This document shows positions 21,979-35,439 of a stretch of DNA of 64,000 bases, piece after piece (within the stretch, counting starts at the first letter, position 1; the number at the start of each line of letters is the position of its first letter). The notes beneath the pieces are model-generated. The model had not been told where the DNA came from. It made no database searches and worked only from the letters and a program-made list of their open reading frames with translations. A program made the position numbers and the translations under genes. The stretch lies in the NCBI GenBank assembly GCA_051294375.1, contig CM119264.1, positions 2,311,631 to 2,375,630 on the forward strand, read 5' to 3'. Origin of the DNA: Paraspadella gotoi. Taxonomy: Eukaryota; Animalia; Chaetognatha.

Positions 21979-24889
21979 AACGATACAGTTTGATCCTCTT
22001 CCGGCAAGCAAGCTCTTCTCCCACCGACCGAGCGGGGTTCCGAGTAGTCGCCAGTCCGAGGACCTCACTACATCGTTCGTACTACGTGCAGATAGTCTAA
22101 CGCGCGGCCGAGTAAGGGCGGGCAATAATCGACATCTTCGTGGTGTACATAAGGGGCTTCCCCGAGGGACAGTAAAGTCCTGACGCGCAAGCTGAGATGA
22201 CTCGCGCCTACTTGGAGAAGCTTCCTCGTGGTCAAGGCGAGATAATTGCAATCCAGGCCGGCTATCTCCAGGCTCACGAAGGCGGTGCTTCAGCGGGTTA
22301 CCCGCCTTTTCAGGCATGGGGAGACAGACAAAGCGCACACGGCTGATGCCTTCAATGTGTTATAAGGCGCGCGTGCAGGCCCCGACATCTTAAGGGGCAG
22401 TCGACAGACCTGTGTATTCGCCCCTCCAATTCGTGCGGCTAGGCGTCCGCTGTAGTCCCTCTAAGAAGCGAATACCATTCCGTCGTCGGGCCGCCAGAAG
22501 CCGGGAACCCTAGGGCGTCTTACTCGATATATTTGCAGAGCCGTGGGCCCTTCCAAAGTCTCACTCGGTGGCGATGCCAATAAGTCTCGCGGGCATTAAC
22601 CTACAGATTGGTATAGCGACAAGCTACTGACGCACGCTGTGGACGGGCCATGTGACAAACCCAACCACCACACGGGCAGTCCTCTGAGAAGAGCGAGCTC
22701 TCGTCTGGCTACTCATCCTGTCTCTCGCGCGGGAGTGTCCGCGGCCTCATCCGGAGCCAGCAGGTGAGAAATTCCCCGTGCGGTTTGTTGGTGCAAATTA
22801 TACGCGCCGCATGGCTAACCGACACTCTCTGGGTTGCGTGCCGTGTTCGCGTCAATAGTTACACGTCTCTTAGAGAATATCTATCTCATACTTAGTGCAG
22901 TGTGCAACCATACTCCCCTCCTGGACACCATACACAAGCTCCGTGCAGTGTTTGCCCGCGTGGATGCGCGCCGTGAACGGATGTTGAACGTGGCTCATGT
23001 GAGTCGAGCTGCGGCTCGCCAATTCACTCTCTCCCGGCCGTCGCGCGGCGATAGTGGGGCATCGCTTTTACGGTGCGCGCGACTTAAGCGTACTCAGGTG
23101 GTTCTCTTTATTTTTACAAATCTCTCCTATCTATAGCGCGTATCCCGAGGCTAACGTTGCGTTCATGAGTTACCTGAACACTCCCTTGCGAGCTATAGCC
23201 TTGTCGTGCTCTCCGAGGTCTGGGCCGCGGTCAAGAATTTCACCTCTCGCCGGGCCATTACCTCTGCCCGTTCCGTTCCCTCTTGATCCATTACCTGCTT
23301 CCGTGAGACCACAGAGGGGTGGAGCCGGGTTCTCGCGCAATCTTCCAGTTGGTGTCCAGTTGCGGCTCGCTAGAGCCGCTCCGACTGGAGCCGCTCCGCG
23401 CAGCGGAAGGATGGCGACTTCGCTTGTGAGCGAGTCTCCAGATTTGAGTAGCGTCAATATGTCTCGAAAACGAGAGTCTCCGAGGTGCCACCGAAATGAA
23501 GAGCGAGAGGGCGCGTTCCTCTGTTGGAAGCAGTTGAAGCAGTAGGAGATCGGGCACCGTCGTACCAGAGTCGCCTCAAGACCGAGACAACGGTGTCTAC
23601 CTTAGGAAGCAAAGCGGTGAGCATTGATCTTTCCTCTCCACTTGCTCCCCGGAACGAGCGAAAGGCAATCGGTCAGGCATAACAGTCCGGGCGCCTAGAG
23701 CAGGGCCGACCTCGCCGTACGTAGGCCCTGAGGGATCGGGGCCCTCTCGCACTACGCCCCGGGCCAACGGTCGCAAGCGTACAAGACGCAAGGCACGACC
23801 ACGGGAGCAACTCCGCGATCCGCTGTCCCGAGAGTGGACTTCGTGCACTGTACAGTCCTGTTCTCTAAGCGTGCGAGCAACTAATGTGAATGTTCCGCTT
23901 TTGTCTTTGTGCTAGAGGATTTCGCAGCAAGTACTGGCGGAAGGGCTGTCCGTCGCGCGAGCCAAGACTTGCCCTGCACAACTGAGTGTACTCCATCGAC
24001 ATCGCGAATTAGTGTATATGCTATAAAGATCTCTGCGCGCATCTGCAGCTAGTAACGGAGTTCAGCCTGGTCAGGTTCTGATCGCGGCCTTGGAAAGTTA
24101 TACCCCCACGCGAGATCGGCTCTTATCGGTGTGTGAATCTCCTCGTGACGCCTCTACGGCTCCGTGCGGAGACGTGAGGTATTTCCGCGTGTGCTCCTCG
24201 CGAGGCTGCGTGATATTCGCGTTGGCACTTTTGGTATGGCCTGGTTTTCCTGACATGCTCTACGCTCATACCGGGATGTATAGGAGATCCTTAATGCGCG
24301 ACAGGCTTCGGCCTACCAAACATTGTATATAACCTACGTGCGGTTAAGGCACTGTCTGCTGACCAATAGCCAGATTCGTGACCAGTTTGATAAGGGCAGA
24401 CGTGGTCTATGGTTAGAGTCCAAGGCCGCCGGCGACAGGCTGAGAGCGCGCGATACCACGTAGCGGTCAAGTGGAGTTATCCAGGAGTTCATCAAAGTGT
24501 GGAGGTCGGCGGGCCGCCACGGTACCGGAGGATCCCCCGGCGCCTGGCGGCGGACGCGTGACGATAGGGTGTGTGGTAAGGTGCGAGAATCAGAGAAGCG
24601 CCGGCACCTCCGTGGCTCTGTGACTCTGCGCTTGTCGCGCCTGGAGAGGGCCCCCGACGGGCGTGCATGGCTATGTATCTAGCTGCTAGGAATTATACTC
24701 ACAAGTGTATCCAAGACCCGGCGCGAGGGCCAGGTCTCCGTCGGATCCGGCTTCCCACGGCCGAAGATCTAAGGAACCATGCTGATTTAATGAGCCGTTC
24801 GCGGCTTAGCCATTTGGCGGCATGTGCTGACACTTGCATGGCTTAATCTTTGAGACAAGCATATGACTACTGGCAGGATCAACCAGGTA
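21921..24889 (-). rRNA. 18S rRNA (type A); interior riddled with insertions (likely uncorrected long-read sequence, or a pseudogene)
   Basis: Clean 5' and 3' ends; ~2970 nt versus 1969 nt for the clean copy; conserved motifs recognisable but interrupted. Confidence 0.75.
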
Positions 24890-27000
24890 AACACCGAAAA
24901 ACTGTGAGCAGCAAGAACCGCCCGCAGCCCTCGATAGCCGACTTTGTTGTTGGCCTCTCATCATTAGTCAAAGCGGACAGGCAGGGGTCGCCCCCCGAAC
25001 CGCCGCCCGACAGAGTCAAGAGAGAAGAAACAACCCGCGTTGCTTCTCTTTTCCCACCGTGGCCAGAGGGGCTGTGCCTCGCACCCTCGGCCGACGGACT
25101 GAGGTCCGCCTCGAAACCGTCACCACTCCCGGCCATACGACCAAGAGCGGGGGACGACCTATTTTCACATAGGCCGTCCGCGTAGCCTCCATCACCCTCT
25201 CAAACATGCGTGCGTTAGCTATGACAAGGGATGTCACAACCGGGACGAGGGCAAACTCCGATAACCGTCCACCCTTTCTTCCCAAGGGGCGGGAGAGCGT
25301 GTTGCCCGCTCGGTTCACCTAGGACAGTGAGCGAGCGAGCCGGGACTCTCACAAAACCACCGCCGTTTCATTAGTCTAGTTATCGTTCCCCACGACTTCA
25401 CGCGTCCAAGGAAGGGAGAGAAGGAGCGCGATGTGTGTAATAATCTCCGCTCGAGGGTGAGCGAGATATAACCGACTTTGCAGACACCCAGACTTTGCCT
25501 CAACGCCAAGGGTACCTTCCGGCGATACACCCGCGCAAATCTTTTTTGACTCTCCGCGGGGCTACGACGCAAACTGACTCCCCACACGAAACATCTTTGT
25601 ATGACCATCCGAACCCGCTAAACCGACAAAAAGAAGCCGTCAAGCCTCTCCCCTCGCACAGAACCTCGCTTACCCACAACCCCCGTCTTGCATATTTTGA
25701 TACTCGCCTGATAGATCGCGACAATGTTAGAAAGTTAATGAGGAGGAGAGTCTAGTGCAGTTTCAGCTGTAGTCAGGACTGCTCTTGAATGTCAAATGAT
25801 AGAAATCATCCGAAGCGCGGATCGTAAGACGGAGGAGAGTAACTATTGACTCTTCTCTAAGTGTAGCCAAATTGTACCTCGTCATTCATATATTATTGAC
25901 GCGCTTATCCTATGAACGGGTCGTCATTGACACCGAGGATTCCTCGCTTGTCACCCTATCTACTATCTAGCTCGAAACCCCACAGCCCAACCCGCGGGGA
26001 ACGGGGCTTGGCAGAACAATCGAGGCGGGGAAAAACTTGACCCGTTGGTTGAGCTTGACTCTAGTCTCGAGCTTGTGGGAAGATGACACGAGAGGTGAGG
26101 AAGTGAGTGCCCGCTCCGTCGGCGGCGTGGGTACGCCGGTGTGGTGGCCGACATCTGGAAGGAACCGCGCAAAGAGAAAAGCCCGGCGGGAGCACGAGAG
26201 CAGATTGCGGTGGATCGCCAAATATGCCCCGCGCGAAAAATAGTGTCAGACGCCCGAATTTTCCCCAACAAAGACTTCTAGAGTTTGGAGGAACGACAGG
26301 ATTACTTTTCCCACCTTTCCCACTGAAACGGTCTCGACTAGATCCAGGCTGCTCAAAGTTAGACCGTGGTCGCCGCATCGGGCAGAAATTCCATTGCCGA
26401 GGCTCTCTAGTAACGCTCAGGCGCGCTCAACATTCAAATCCCACATGACAGCCAAGGAAAGAACCCCACGACACACGCACAAAAAGAAGAGACGGTGGAC
26501 TCCTCCGGTCACACACCTCGCACATACGCACCAACCGAACCTCTCCCTCATACCTTGTCGCGAGTGAGACTGAGCGAGAGAGGCAGGCAGAACGAGCGCA
26601 CAAGGGCACAACCAGACGAGACCGTGCGCAGGAATCCTCCCAAGGCCGCGTCGAGCTTCGAACATCGAACATCGAGACGCCCGTTCGCTTCTTTCTAGCA
26701 CCCGGAGATACAACAGTGTCTTTCTACCTCCCACGGCCGGCCTACCTTCAAGCCGTCCGCCTCGACCCCACAGTTACAGTTGCGGAGAGAGCTACCCGAC
26801 AAGAGAAAAGACATGAGCTCCCCCCGACTTACTCGCCTCCCTGTGTTTTTCCGTGGCCGAGGAGGAGGGAGCTTTGCCTTGTCCGATTGCCAATCGCTCC
26901 CTCCTCACATAGGAAATTCGATTCACTACGAGGTTCCAAACCACTCAATTTGTACCGATTCCCTTGGTCGGCGGAACAGGGGCCCGGGAGCCTCCCTCAA
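24890..27000 (-). other. 5' ETS, type A (noisy middle containing a + strand 28S fragment at ~25770-26110)
   Basis: Lies 5' of 18S; differs from type B ETS except a 34-bp block at 26906-26939. Confidence 0.55.
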
Positions 27001-27289
27001 AAATAGTTTAGACTGAAAAAAAATTTTTGTTTCTCAACCGATTCGAACGAAACTTGGTGGGAGGGTGCGGGCAAAGGGGACGCACGTCCCTGCCGAGTTT
27101 CGACCCCCTGCGCCAATCACGTGACCTGCTATAACGTCCCAGGACAGGCATTCATTAATAACTCAAGAACGTCTGGTTCGATCTTCTTGAAATTTTGAAG
27201 GAATGTCCCTGTCCACTGCCTGATCAGTTTCAAAGAGTTTCGTTTTCGTACGCCAATCACGTGACCGGAAGTGACGCTAAACGCGAAAG

Positions 27290-27972
27290 TTCCTATAACT
27301 CGAAAATTTGTAGTTGGAATCTAATAATATTTGAGTTCCTACTACGTCTCGATAGTCTCTACCATTGTACAAAATTTCGTACGAATTTGTCGACGTACGC
27401 GCGAATTACGGGCGGACGAGTAAATCCGCTATTTTCGCGCAGTTACGTGACCAAAATTCTAAAAATAGCTATAACTCGTAAACTACTCTTTGGATTAGAA
27501 CGAAATTTGATTTCCTATTACGACTCGCTTAAGTCTAGGTGCTCACAAAGTTTTGTCCAAATAAATGAACGTACCTACGTACACTGGCCGGACAAATAAT
27601 TTTTGCCTTAACATTTATAGTAAAATTCAGTTATTTAAAAAAATAGCTATAACTCGTAAACTAGTGGGTCGATTAGAAAAAAGTTCGAGTTCCTACTACG
27701 ACTCGATGGTCTCTACCAAATCTACCAAATCTCTACCAAATCTCTACCAAATCTCTACCAAATCTTGTAAGAATTCGTCCACGTACGCGCGAATGACGGG
27801 CGGACGAGTAATTTTGCCATTTTTGAGCCAAATATTTACAAAAATACTTAGGAATTGTTTATTGTTTGCCAATACAACGATTTTTATTTACATAGTACAT
27901 GTTTCGACTCTGTTGATTCGAGTCTTCATCAGCTTTGAAAAACATTATCAAAAATGCTCTACACATTAAGTT

Positions 27973-28003
<31 letters not shown>

Positions 28004-28215
28004 GAGAGATTGAGGGAGAGTTAAAAATACTTAAAATAGTTATAACTCCTAAAATATTTCTCGCATTGGTACGAAATTTGATTTCTTACTACGACTCGGT
28101 AATATCTAGGTGCTCACATTAATATTACCATTTATAATAAAATTCTGTTATTTCTAAAAATAGTTATAACTCGTAATCTAGTGGGTCGATTGGAAAAAAG
28201 TTCAATGATCGCTAC
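27290..28215. repeat. Subrepeats upstream of the type A unit (probable IGS repeats, ~175-180 bp)
   Basis: Recurring ataactcgtaa...cctactacgactcg...cgtacgcgcgaat.acgggcggacgagtaa blocks. Confidence 0.6.
27891..27937 (-). ncRNA. Minimal type I hammerhead ribozyme motif (Penelope-like)
   Basis: caaag-CTGATGA-a-gactc-loop-gagtc-GAAA-catGTA-ctatg; intact core and stems I and II. Confidence 0.65.
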
Positions 28216-30027
28216 CACCATACCCGGTTTCGTACAAATTTTAAAAATTATGTCTTTAAGTAGGTTAAAATTAAGCTGGAAATTGAAAATCGGTATCTTA
28301 AATATAGTTTTTTACATTTTTAACTAACTTAATGAAATAATTTTTAAAAAAGAGTTATACTTTCTTCTATCAACTTTTTGCAATGAATTCAAATCCGATC
28401 TTAACATTTGAAAATTTGTATTTTAAAATTTTAGCCTATTATATACTTATTATTATATATAAATATAGCTCACTGGTGCCCACTAATGTATAAAATTAAA
28501 AAATAAAATTACTTAAGTATTTTTAATGGTTTTTATGTTCATGTTTTACATGCTAAATTTTAATTTTATAAAATTTTATCATTTTCACATCACTCTAGTG
28601 GTTAGGGATAGTTAAGTATATAGAGAGAAAGTGAAATATATAGATGAAGAAAGAGCTAAAAAAATCGTTGTTCTACCCAAAACTGTCTTTCCGTTCCTAA
28701 TGTCAAAATCATAAAAACCAGAAACAGAAAAAAACCGAAAAAAAATCAAGTATAAAATGTAACGTTAATTAAACGTTCAAGAATAATGCAACGTTAATAA
28801 AACTCTCAAAGATAATGAGTAAATACAAAAAAAAAATATGAAAACAAAAAATATAAAGCATAATGCAATGTTAATAAAAATAAAATCCCCAACCGTTCAT
28901 CAGTGGCCATTGGTGCCGGAGGCAAGTCATTCGCATCCTAACCCAAAGGTCCGGGTTTTTAGCCCGGTGGTCGCTTAGCAGTTAAGAGGGACAGGGCGCT
29001 CAATCCGCATGTAACACGATGTTACAGCCTGATTTGAAGCTCATGGACTGCTTATATTGAACGGTTCTGTCACTAACACATTATCAGCAGATCCCGACTC
29101 TATAATTAATTTTGTCGGTCCGTCGGTCCGCCCCCTCAATATTGTCGGGCACACACTTATATCATGTTTAATGTCAGAACATCGAATTATGATAAATTAT
29201 GCAAAAAAATGATGTCCGTCCATCCCACCTTAACAAAAAACCCCAATTACTCGTGATTGGATGGATGGATTTGAATGAAATTTTGTGTGTGGGTAGGGAA
29301 GTGTGTGATTAAGCTGGAAATCAAGTTTCGATGGAATCGTCTTAGTGGAAATGAGTTTAAATGGAAAAACCAAAAACCTGTTTCACTAATTGATTATGCT
29401 TCTTTTTCTTTTATATCAAATGTAAATGCAGGATGTATTAATTAATCAAATAATTAATCAATTATTCAATTAATTAATAAATAATTAATTAACCAGTAAA
29501 TAAATCAAGTCAATCGTAATCGGCATTATTCTCATCGTCGTTATTGCTTTTGTCGTGGTTATTGACGAAAAGATCTGAAAACAAACTTTTGGGATAAAAT
29601 TAATAAATTAATTGCCTAATTAATTAATTAATTAATTAATTAACTTGAATAATTTATTTATTAATAAATTAATTACCGACAATGATCGTGGGCAGATCCG
29701 ACATTGTTTGCTCAAACTTGTTTATTAATAACAAAACCTATATTAACAAAATTGAATACAAACAAGTTTGAGCAAACAATGTCGGATCGGCCTACGATAA
29801 TTAATTAATTATTTAATTAATTAATTAATCGATTAATTAATTAATTAAATAATTTTACTAATTAATTATAATTTATATTCAGCTTGTCATCATCGATGTC
29901 CTTAAAATTGAGTCAGGACAGTTATTAAATGTTTTGTTTACATTTTATCAAACAAACAAATATCCTCTATTTTATTTTAAGTCTTCTTCTCTCTCTCTCT
30001 CTCTCTCTCACTCTCTACTCTCTCTCT

Positions 30028-30081
<54 letters not shown>

Positions 30082-30082
30082 G

Positions 30083-30128
<46 letters not shown>

Positions 30129-30521
30129 ATGCAATTGCGACGATCCTTATGCTTTTAAGATTTTTTTAACTTGCATCATTTTTTCAACTTGCATAATTTT
30201 TTAAACTTGCATTCCGTCAAAACTTTATATCTAGCTTCTTCACTCACTTTTCCTACTGGCTCACAAAATTTCATCTCAATCTATCATGGGTTAAATAAAT
30301 AAAAAGATTCAAGTAAATGTGACTCATATTTTTTTTCATTTAAACTCATTTCCACTGGTACGTTTCCACCGAAACTTTATATCAAGCTTCGTCACACATT
30401 TGCCTACTCACACACAAAATTTCAACTCAATCTATCCATCCAATTATGATTAATTAGAGTATTTATTGGTTAAAATAATTGTGTTTTTTTCCTTTCTGTT
30501 TCGTTGTGATTTGGTTTAGAA

Positions 30522-30690
30522 CAAAGTTTGAAGAGAGATTTAACAACGATTTTTATTTCATAGTGAAACGGACATGTTTCGACTCACATACGAGTCTTCT
30601 TCCAGCGCCAATTCAATTGAATTGAGTCGAAACATGTCGTTTCACTATGAAATAAAAATCGTTGTTAAATCTCTCTTCAAACTTTGGTTA
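30522..30690. mobile_element. Penelope-like pseudo-LTR remnants in inverted arrangement
   Basis: 30522-30610 and 30622-30690 are inverted copies of the hammerhead-bearing repeat seen at 5360-5450. Confidence 0.55.
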
Positions 30691-31666
30691 AAATAAGTAA
30701 AAAGATTTTAGTAAATGCGACTAATGTATTTTCCATTTAAACTAATTTCCACTCACACGATTCCATCGAAACTTTATATCCAGCTTTATCACACACTTTC
30801 CTACCACACAAAAATTTAATTCCAATCCAACCAGCCAATCACGAGTTATTGGAGCTTTTTGCTGAGGTGGACGGATGGACGGATTGATTGACTAATTAAT
30901 TAATTATTGATTAATTATTTACTAATTGATTAATTAACTGATTAATTATTTGATTTATTAATACATCCTGCATATACATTTAATATAAAAGGAAAAAGAA
31001 GCATAATCAATTAGTGAAACAGGTTTTTTGTTTTTTCCATTTAAACTCATTTCCACTTAAACTATTCCATCGAAACTTGATTTCCTGTTCAATCACACAC
31101 TTTCCTACCACATACCAAATTCAAGGTCAATCGCCCATCCACTCATGAGCAATTGGTGTTCAAATAGTGAATATATTTTTTTTGTTTTTCCATTTAAACT
31201 CATTTCCACTCGGACGATTCCATCGAAACTTTATATCCAGCTTAATCACACACTTCCTTACCTGTATATATATATATACCCACACACAAAATTTCATTCA
31301 AATCCAATCTTCCAATCACGAGTAATTGGTGTTTTTTGCTAAGGTGGGACGGACGGACGGACGGACGAAAATCACTTTTTTTTGCATAATTTATCATAAT
31401 TCGATGTTCTGACATGATATAAGTTAGTGAGGGGGCGGACCGACGGACCGACAAAGTGAAATATAGAGTCGGGATCTGCTGATAAGGTATCAATAACAGC
31501 GTAAAAAGACTGGAACCGAACATAACTTAAACTTTTTTATGAGTAACAGTATAACGTTATAAAAACGTTATAAAAACGATAAAAATTTATAAACGTTATA
31601 AAAATGTTAAAACAAAAGCTCCTTTATCTTTCTGTCTCTCTATCTCTCTTTCTCTCTCTCTCTCTC

Positions 31667-32865
31667 ATGCGCAGTGTGGAACCAGAAATGGACGTCGAAT
31701 CCATAAAAACAGAATTTACAAAACAAGGCTTTGGGATTACATCAATTAAAAGAATGGTGTCCTCTTCCAAAAGTGGCGTGAGCTCCTGGAATGTAAAAGT
31801 TGGTCTAACATCAACGGAATCAGCAGATAAGCTGTTAAAAGAAGGCTTTAAGATGTATTTTAAGAAATACAACTTTGTTGAATACCAAGTCAGTTCGGCA
31901 CTTCAGTGTTATCGATGTCAAAAGTTTGGCCATGGCAGCAGAAACTGTAAAGAAACAGTAAGCACCTGTCTCCCGTGCAGCGGCAGGCACAGTCACAAAG
32001 AGTGTTCATCTGAAGCTCTTAAATGTTCCAATTGTGGTGGCGAACATACATCAAACTCTAGGCAATGTTCCATCCTTCAAGAAGCTAATAAAGCAAATGA
32101 GGATAAAAACACAACTCACGATGCAGCCAAGAACACGACTTATGCCAACAAAGTAAAATCAAACAATCCTTCTATCAGTGAGGTTGATCTGACAAATATT
32201 TTCTACAGTACCGCCTGCATGGTCAGAGAGATTGTGAGTACTGAAAAAGCTCAATTAACTGAATCATTTTTATGGACTCTGACAGATAAAGTCGTAAAAA
32301 ACTTTAAGAAGCACAGCATGCTTCTTAGTGACAAATCTCAAAAGGAGATTCCTATTAATAACAGTAGCACCTCTTCCACACCTCTTCCACACCTCTTCCA
32401 CACCTCTTCCACACCCATTCCATTCAGAAAACACGACATCTGCACCAAGGATACCTCCCTCTCCAAAAAGCACGGGCGGCAGTTGGGCTGACAGCTCATA
32501 TCAGGATTTTTGGAATGTAGTGGCCATTGAAAATCAAAATAATACTCATCAAGAATCCATAAACTTGCTCACAACTCAAATTTTGTCTGATGGAAGGAGG
32601 GCGAGTCTCAGCAGAACCCTACCCAAGGAACCAAATCAAAAAACCAACGAAAAAACAAGTTTCTCAGACAAAGCTAAAGCCACAAATAATGGATCCTGAA
32701 CTGAAACGCATAGGTATTTTGCTCCTAAATAGCAATGGAAATCCATCAAGGCTGACTGAACTAATGAAACTGGTTATGAGCTTAAACCAAAAAACCAAAT
32801 TGATACTTGTTTTTAATGACATAAGAACTAATGATTATGACAACTTCGCAACTTCAAATTTTTGA
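31667..32865 (+). mobile_element. Non-LTR retrotransposon fragment: 5'-truncated gag-like ORF1 plus start of ORF2 APE endonuclease
   Basis: Three zinc knuckles CYRCQKFGHGSRNC, CLPCSGRHSHKEC, CSNCGGEHTSNSRQC; downstream ILLLNSNG resembles an APE N-terminal motif, then a premature stop. Confidence 0.8.
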
Positions 32866-33099
32866 TAAAAAAAAATGCTTTAAACCCAACATCAGCCAGT
32901 GGTGTCTGCATTTAGAATTTAGAATNNNNNNNNNNTGGTGTCTGCATTGGTATTCCAAAAGAATTTAGTATTCGTGAACTGGACGAAAGTCTAAGTTTTN
33001 NNNNNNNNNNNNNNNNNNNNNNNNNNNNNNNNNNNNNNNNNNNNNNNNNNNNNNNNNNNNNNNNNNNNNNNNNNNNNNNNNNNNNNNNNNNNNNNNNNN

Positions 33100-33420
33100 G
33101 ATATACATTAGGGTTGAGTAGTTTAGGGTTAGGGTTGGGAAGCTTACAAAGATGAAAAAAATCATTGCTAGGGTTAGGGTTGGGAAGTTTATAAAGATGA
33201 AAAGGGTTAGGGTTGATAAGTTTAGGGTTGGGGAGTTTACAAACATGAAAAAAGGGGTTAGGGTTGAGTAGTTTAGGGTTGATCAGTTTTTGGGTTAGGG
33301 TTGGGAAGCTTACAAAGATGACAAAAAAGGGTTAGGGTTAGGGTTGATCAGTTTCTGATATACATTAGGGTTAGGATTAGGGAGTTTACAAACATGAAAA
33401 AAGAGGTTAGGGTTGAGTAA
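33100..33420. repeat. Degenerate (TTAGGG)n array after the 100-N gap
   Basis: Same higher-order units as 38240-40930. Confidence 0.85.
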
Positions 33421-33863
33421 CCCGCGGTCCAACGTACTCTTCCCTGCAGACGGCTTCACGTCCTATTGAACTGTCTCTTCAGAGTACTTTGACTTTCTAC
33501 GTACTTGTCCGCTATCGGACTCGCGCCCGTATTTAGCCTTAGGAGGGGACTACCTCCCACTTTGGTCAGCAATCTCAAACTGACCGACTCCACAGAGCGG
33601 GTCGGGAAGCCCGGGTCTAGCGCCCAATACGGGCCTTAACCCTCTTGGGAGAAACCCCAGTCAAGAGAACTTGGGACGCTTTCGCCAGGCCAGATCGACC
33701 GCTCCAAACGCCAACATTGCTTCGCCGGTTCGGGTGACGACGCGCTTAGGCGCTGGGCTATTCCCGGTTCAGTCGCCCTTACTGAGGGAATCATCGTTAT
33801 TTTCTTTTCCTCCCCTTAGTAATATGCTTAAATTCAGGGGTCACCTCGCCCGAGTTGAGGTCA
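33421..33863 (-). rRNA. 28S rRNA 5' fragment (type B, D1 region)
   Basis: TGACCTCAACTCGGGCGAGGTGACCCCTGAATTTAAGCATAT start; truncated at repeat junction. Confidence 0.9.
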
Positions 33864-34130
33864 GAGGTTTCGCACGACGTCGGCCCGTGCCTTCCCTTAA
33901 AGAATCTTAAAGAGCTTGGCCCCAGCGAGGCTGCAACCCACACGCTCCATTCGAAGAAAAACCTTGAAGGGTGACACAAGGGACACAAGACGGACGGAGG
34001 TAGGTTCGGACTCTGAAGTGGCCGGGCTCGAGCTCCCGAGACTAGTGAGTGAGGCAAGAACCGGGAACCACCCGAAAAGAGATGAGGGTCCTTTCGGACC
34101 TACATCAAAATCTCGCGTTTTTTTGCCAAA

Positions 34131-34287
34131 AACCGACCCTCAACCGGGCGTGGCCCAGGGAACGGCCCCGAGCCGCATGTGCGTTCGAAGTTGTCGATGA
34201 TCAAGGTGTCCTGCAATTCACATTGATTCACGCAGTTGGCTGCGTTCTTCATCGACGCGCGAGCCGAGCGTCACCACGTCTGCAGTT
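34131..34287 (-). rRNA. 5.8S rRNA (type B)
   Basis: Conserved 5.8S motifs between ITS1 and ITS2. Confidence 0.95.
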
Positions 34288-34727
34288 ATTTTTTTTTTTT
34301 TTTTTTTTTCCAACATTGTTTGTGAGCGTCGAGCGCCTTGTCTCGAGCTCGGTGGGAGTTTAGCAGCGAGGGAATGGAAAATGAAAGTCCCAGGCGGTCT
34401 CGCAACCGAGACTCTTAAATGCGAGCAAGGTTCACTGTCGCACAAATAGGTGCGACGATCGCCTCACACGGACTCGAACGGCGCCAGGCAATCTCTCTCG
34501 TGGCGAAAGAAGATCGGCCCCGCCTACCCTTAGCAAACTGGAACAGAGCCGGCCTGGGGTACCGGGCAGTGCCCACTCGGAACACTGACCTTCTCCCTTT
34601 ATCAGCGGCGATCGGCTTGGAGGCTACTCGGTCCCGCGGGCGGACCACGGGAGAGAGCCAGGAGGAGGACGTGGGGGATGCGAGTCCCGCAAACCAACAA
34701 ATTTTTGTTATCAATATGATAACTCGG

Positions 34728-34785
<58 letters not shown>

Positions 34786-34890
34786 AACGACCATGCTTGG
34801 GCCCTTTTCCGGCGAACATGCCTTTCCATCCCCCGCAAGCGGTGAGACCTCCGGGCAGACGCCAGTCCAGATACCTCGCAAAATCGTTCG

Positions 34891-34934
<44 letters not shown>

Positions 34935-35390
34935 ATCGACGCGAGCTGATGACTCGCGCCTACTGGGAATTCCTCGTTCAAGGAGATAATTGCAAATCCT
35001 ATCCCAGGCACGAAGGCGGTTCAGCGGGATACCCAGCCTTTTCAGGCAGGGAACGAAATTGCACCAACTGATGCCTTCAGTGTAGCGCGCGTGCAGCCCC
35101 GAACATCTAAGGGCATCACAGACCTGTTATCGCCCCTTTTCATGCAGGTAAACCCTGCGAGTCCCTCTAAGAAGCGAACATTCCGTCAGGCCCGGCAGGA
35201 TAAGCCGGACTCGAGGGCTATTTAATAGGCTGGGGTCTCGTTCGTTATCGGAATTAACCAGACAGATCGCTCCACCAACTAAGAACGGCCATGCACCACC
35301 ACCCACCGAATCGAGAAAGAGCTCTCAGTCTGTCAATCCTCGCGGTGTCCGGCCGGGTGAGGTTCCCCGTGTTGAGTCAAATTAAGCCGC

Positions 35391-35439
<49 letters not shown>

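Noticed and set aside
22000-24700. Group I introns or RNA editing explaining the long 18S
   Set aside because: Extra bases are scattered small insertions, not discrete introns; sequencing noise is simpler
14688-27016. Dozens of 60-160 aa ORFs
   Set aside because: Incidental frames in GC-rich rRNA/ETS/ITS or noisy sequence
29508-29575. Possible small terminal exon on the - strand (DLFVNNHDKSNNDDENNADYD*)
   Set aside because: No partner exons or homology identifiable
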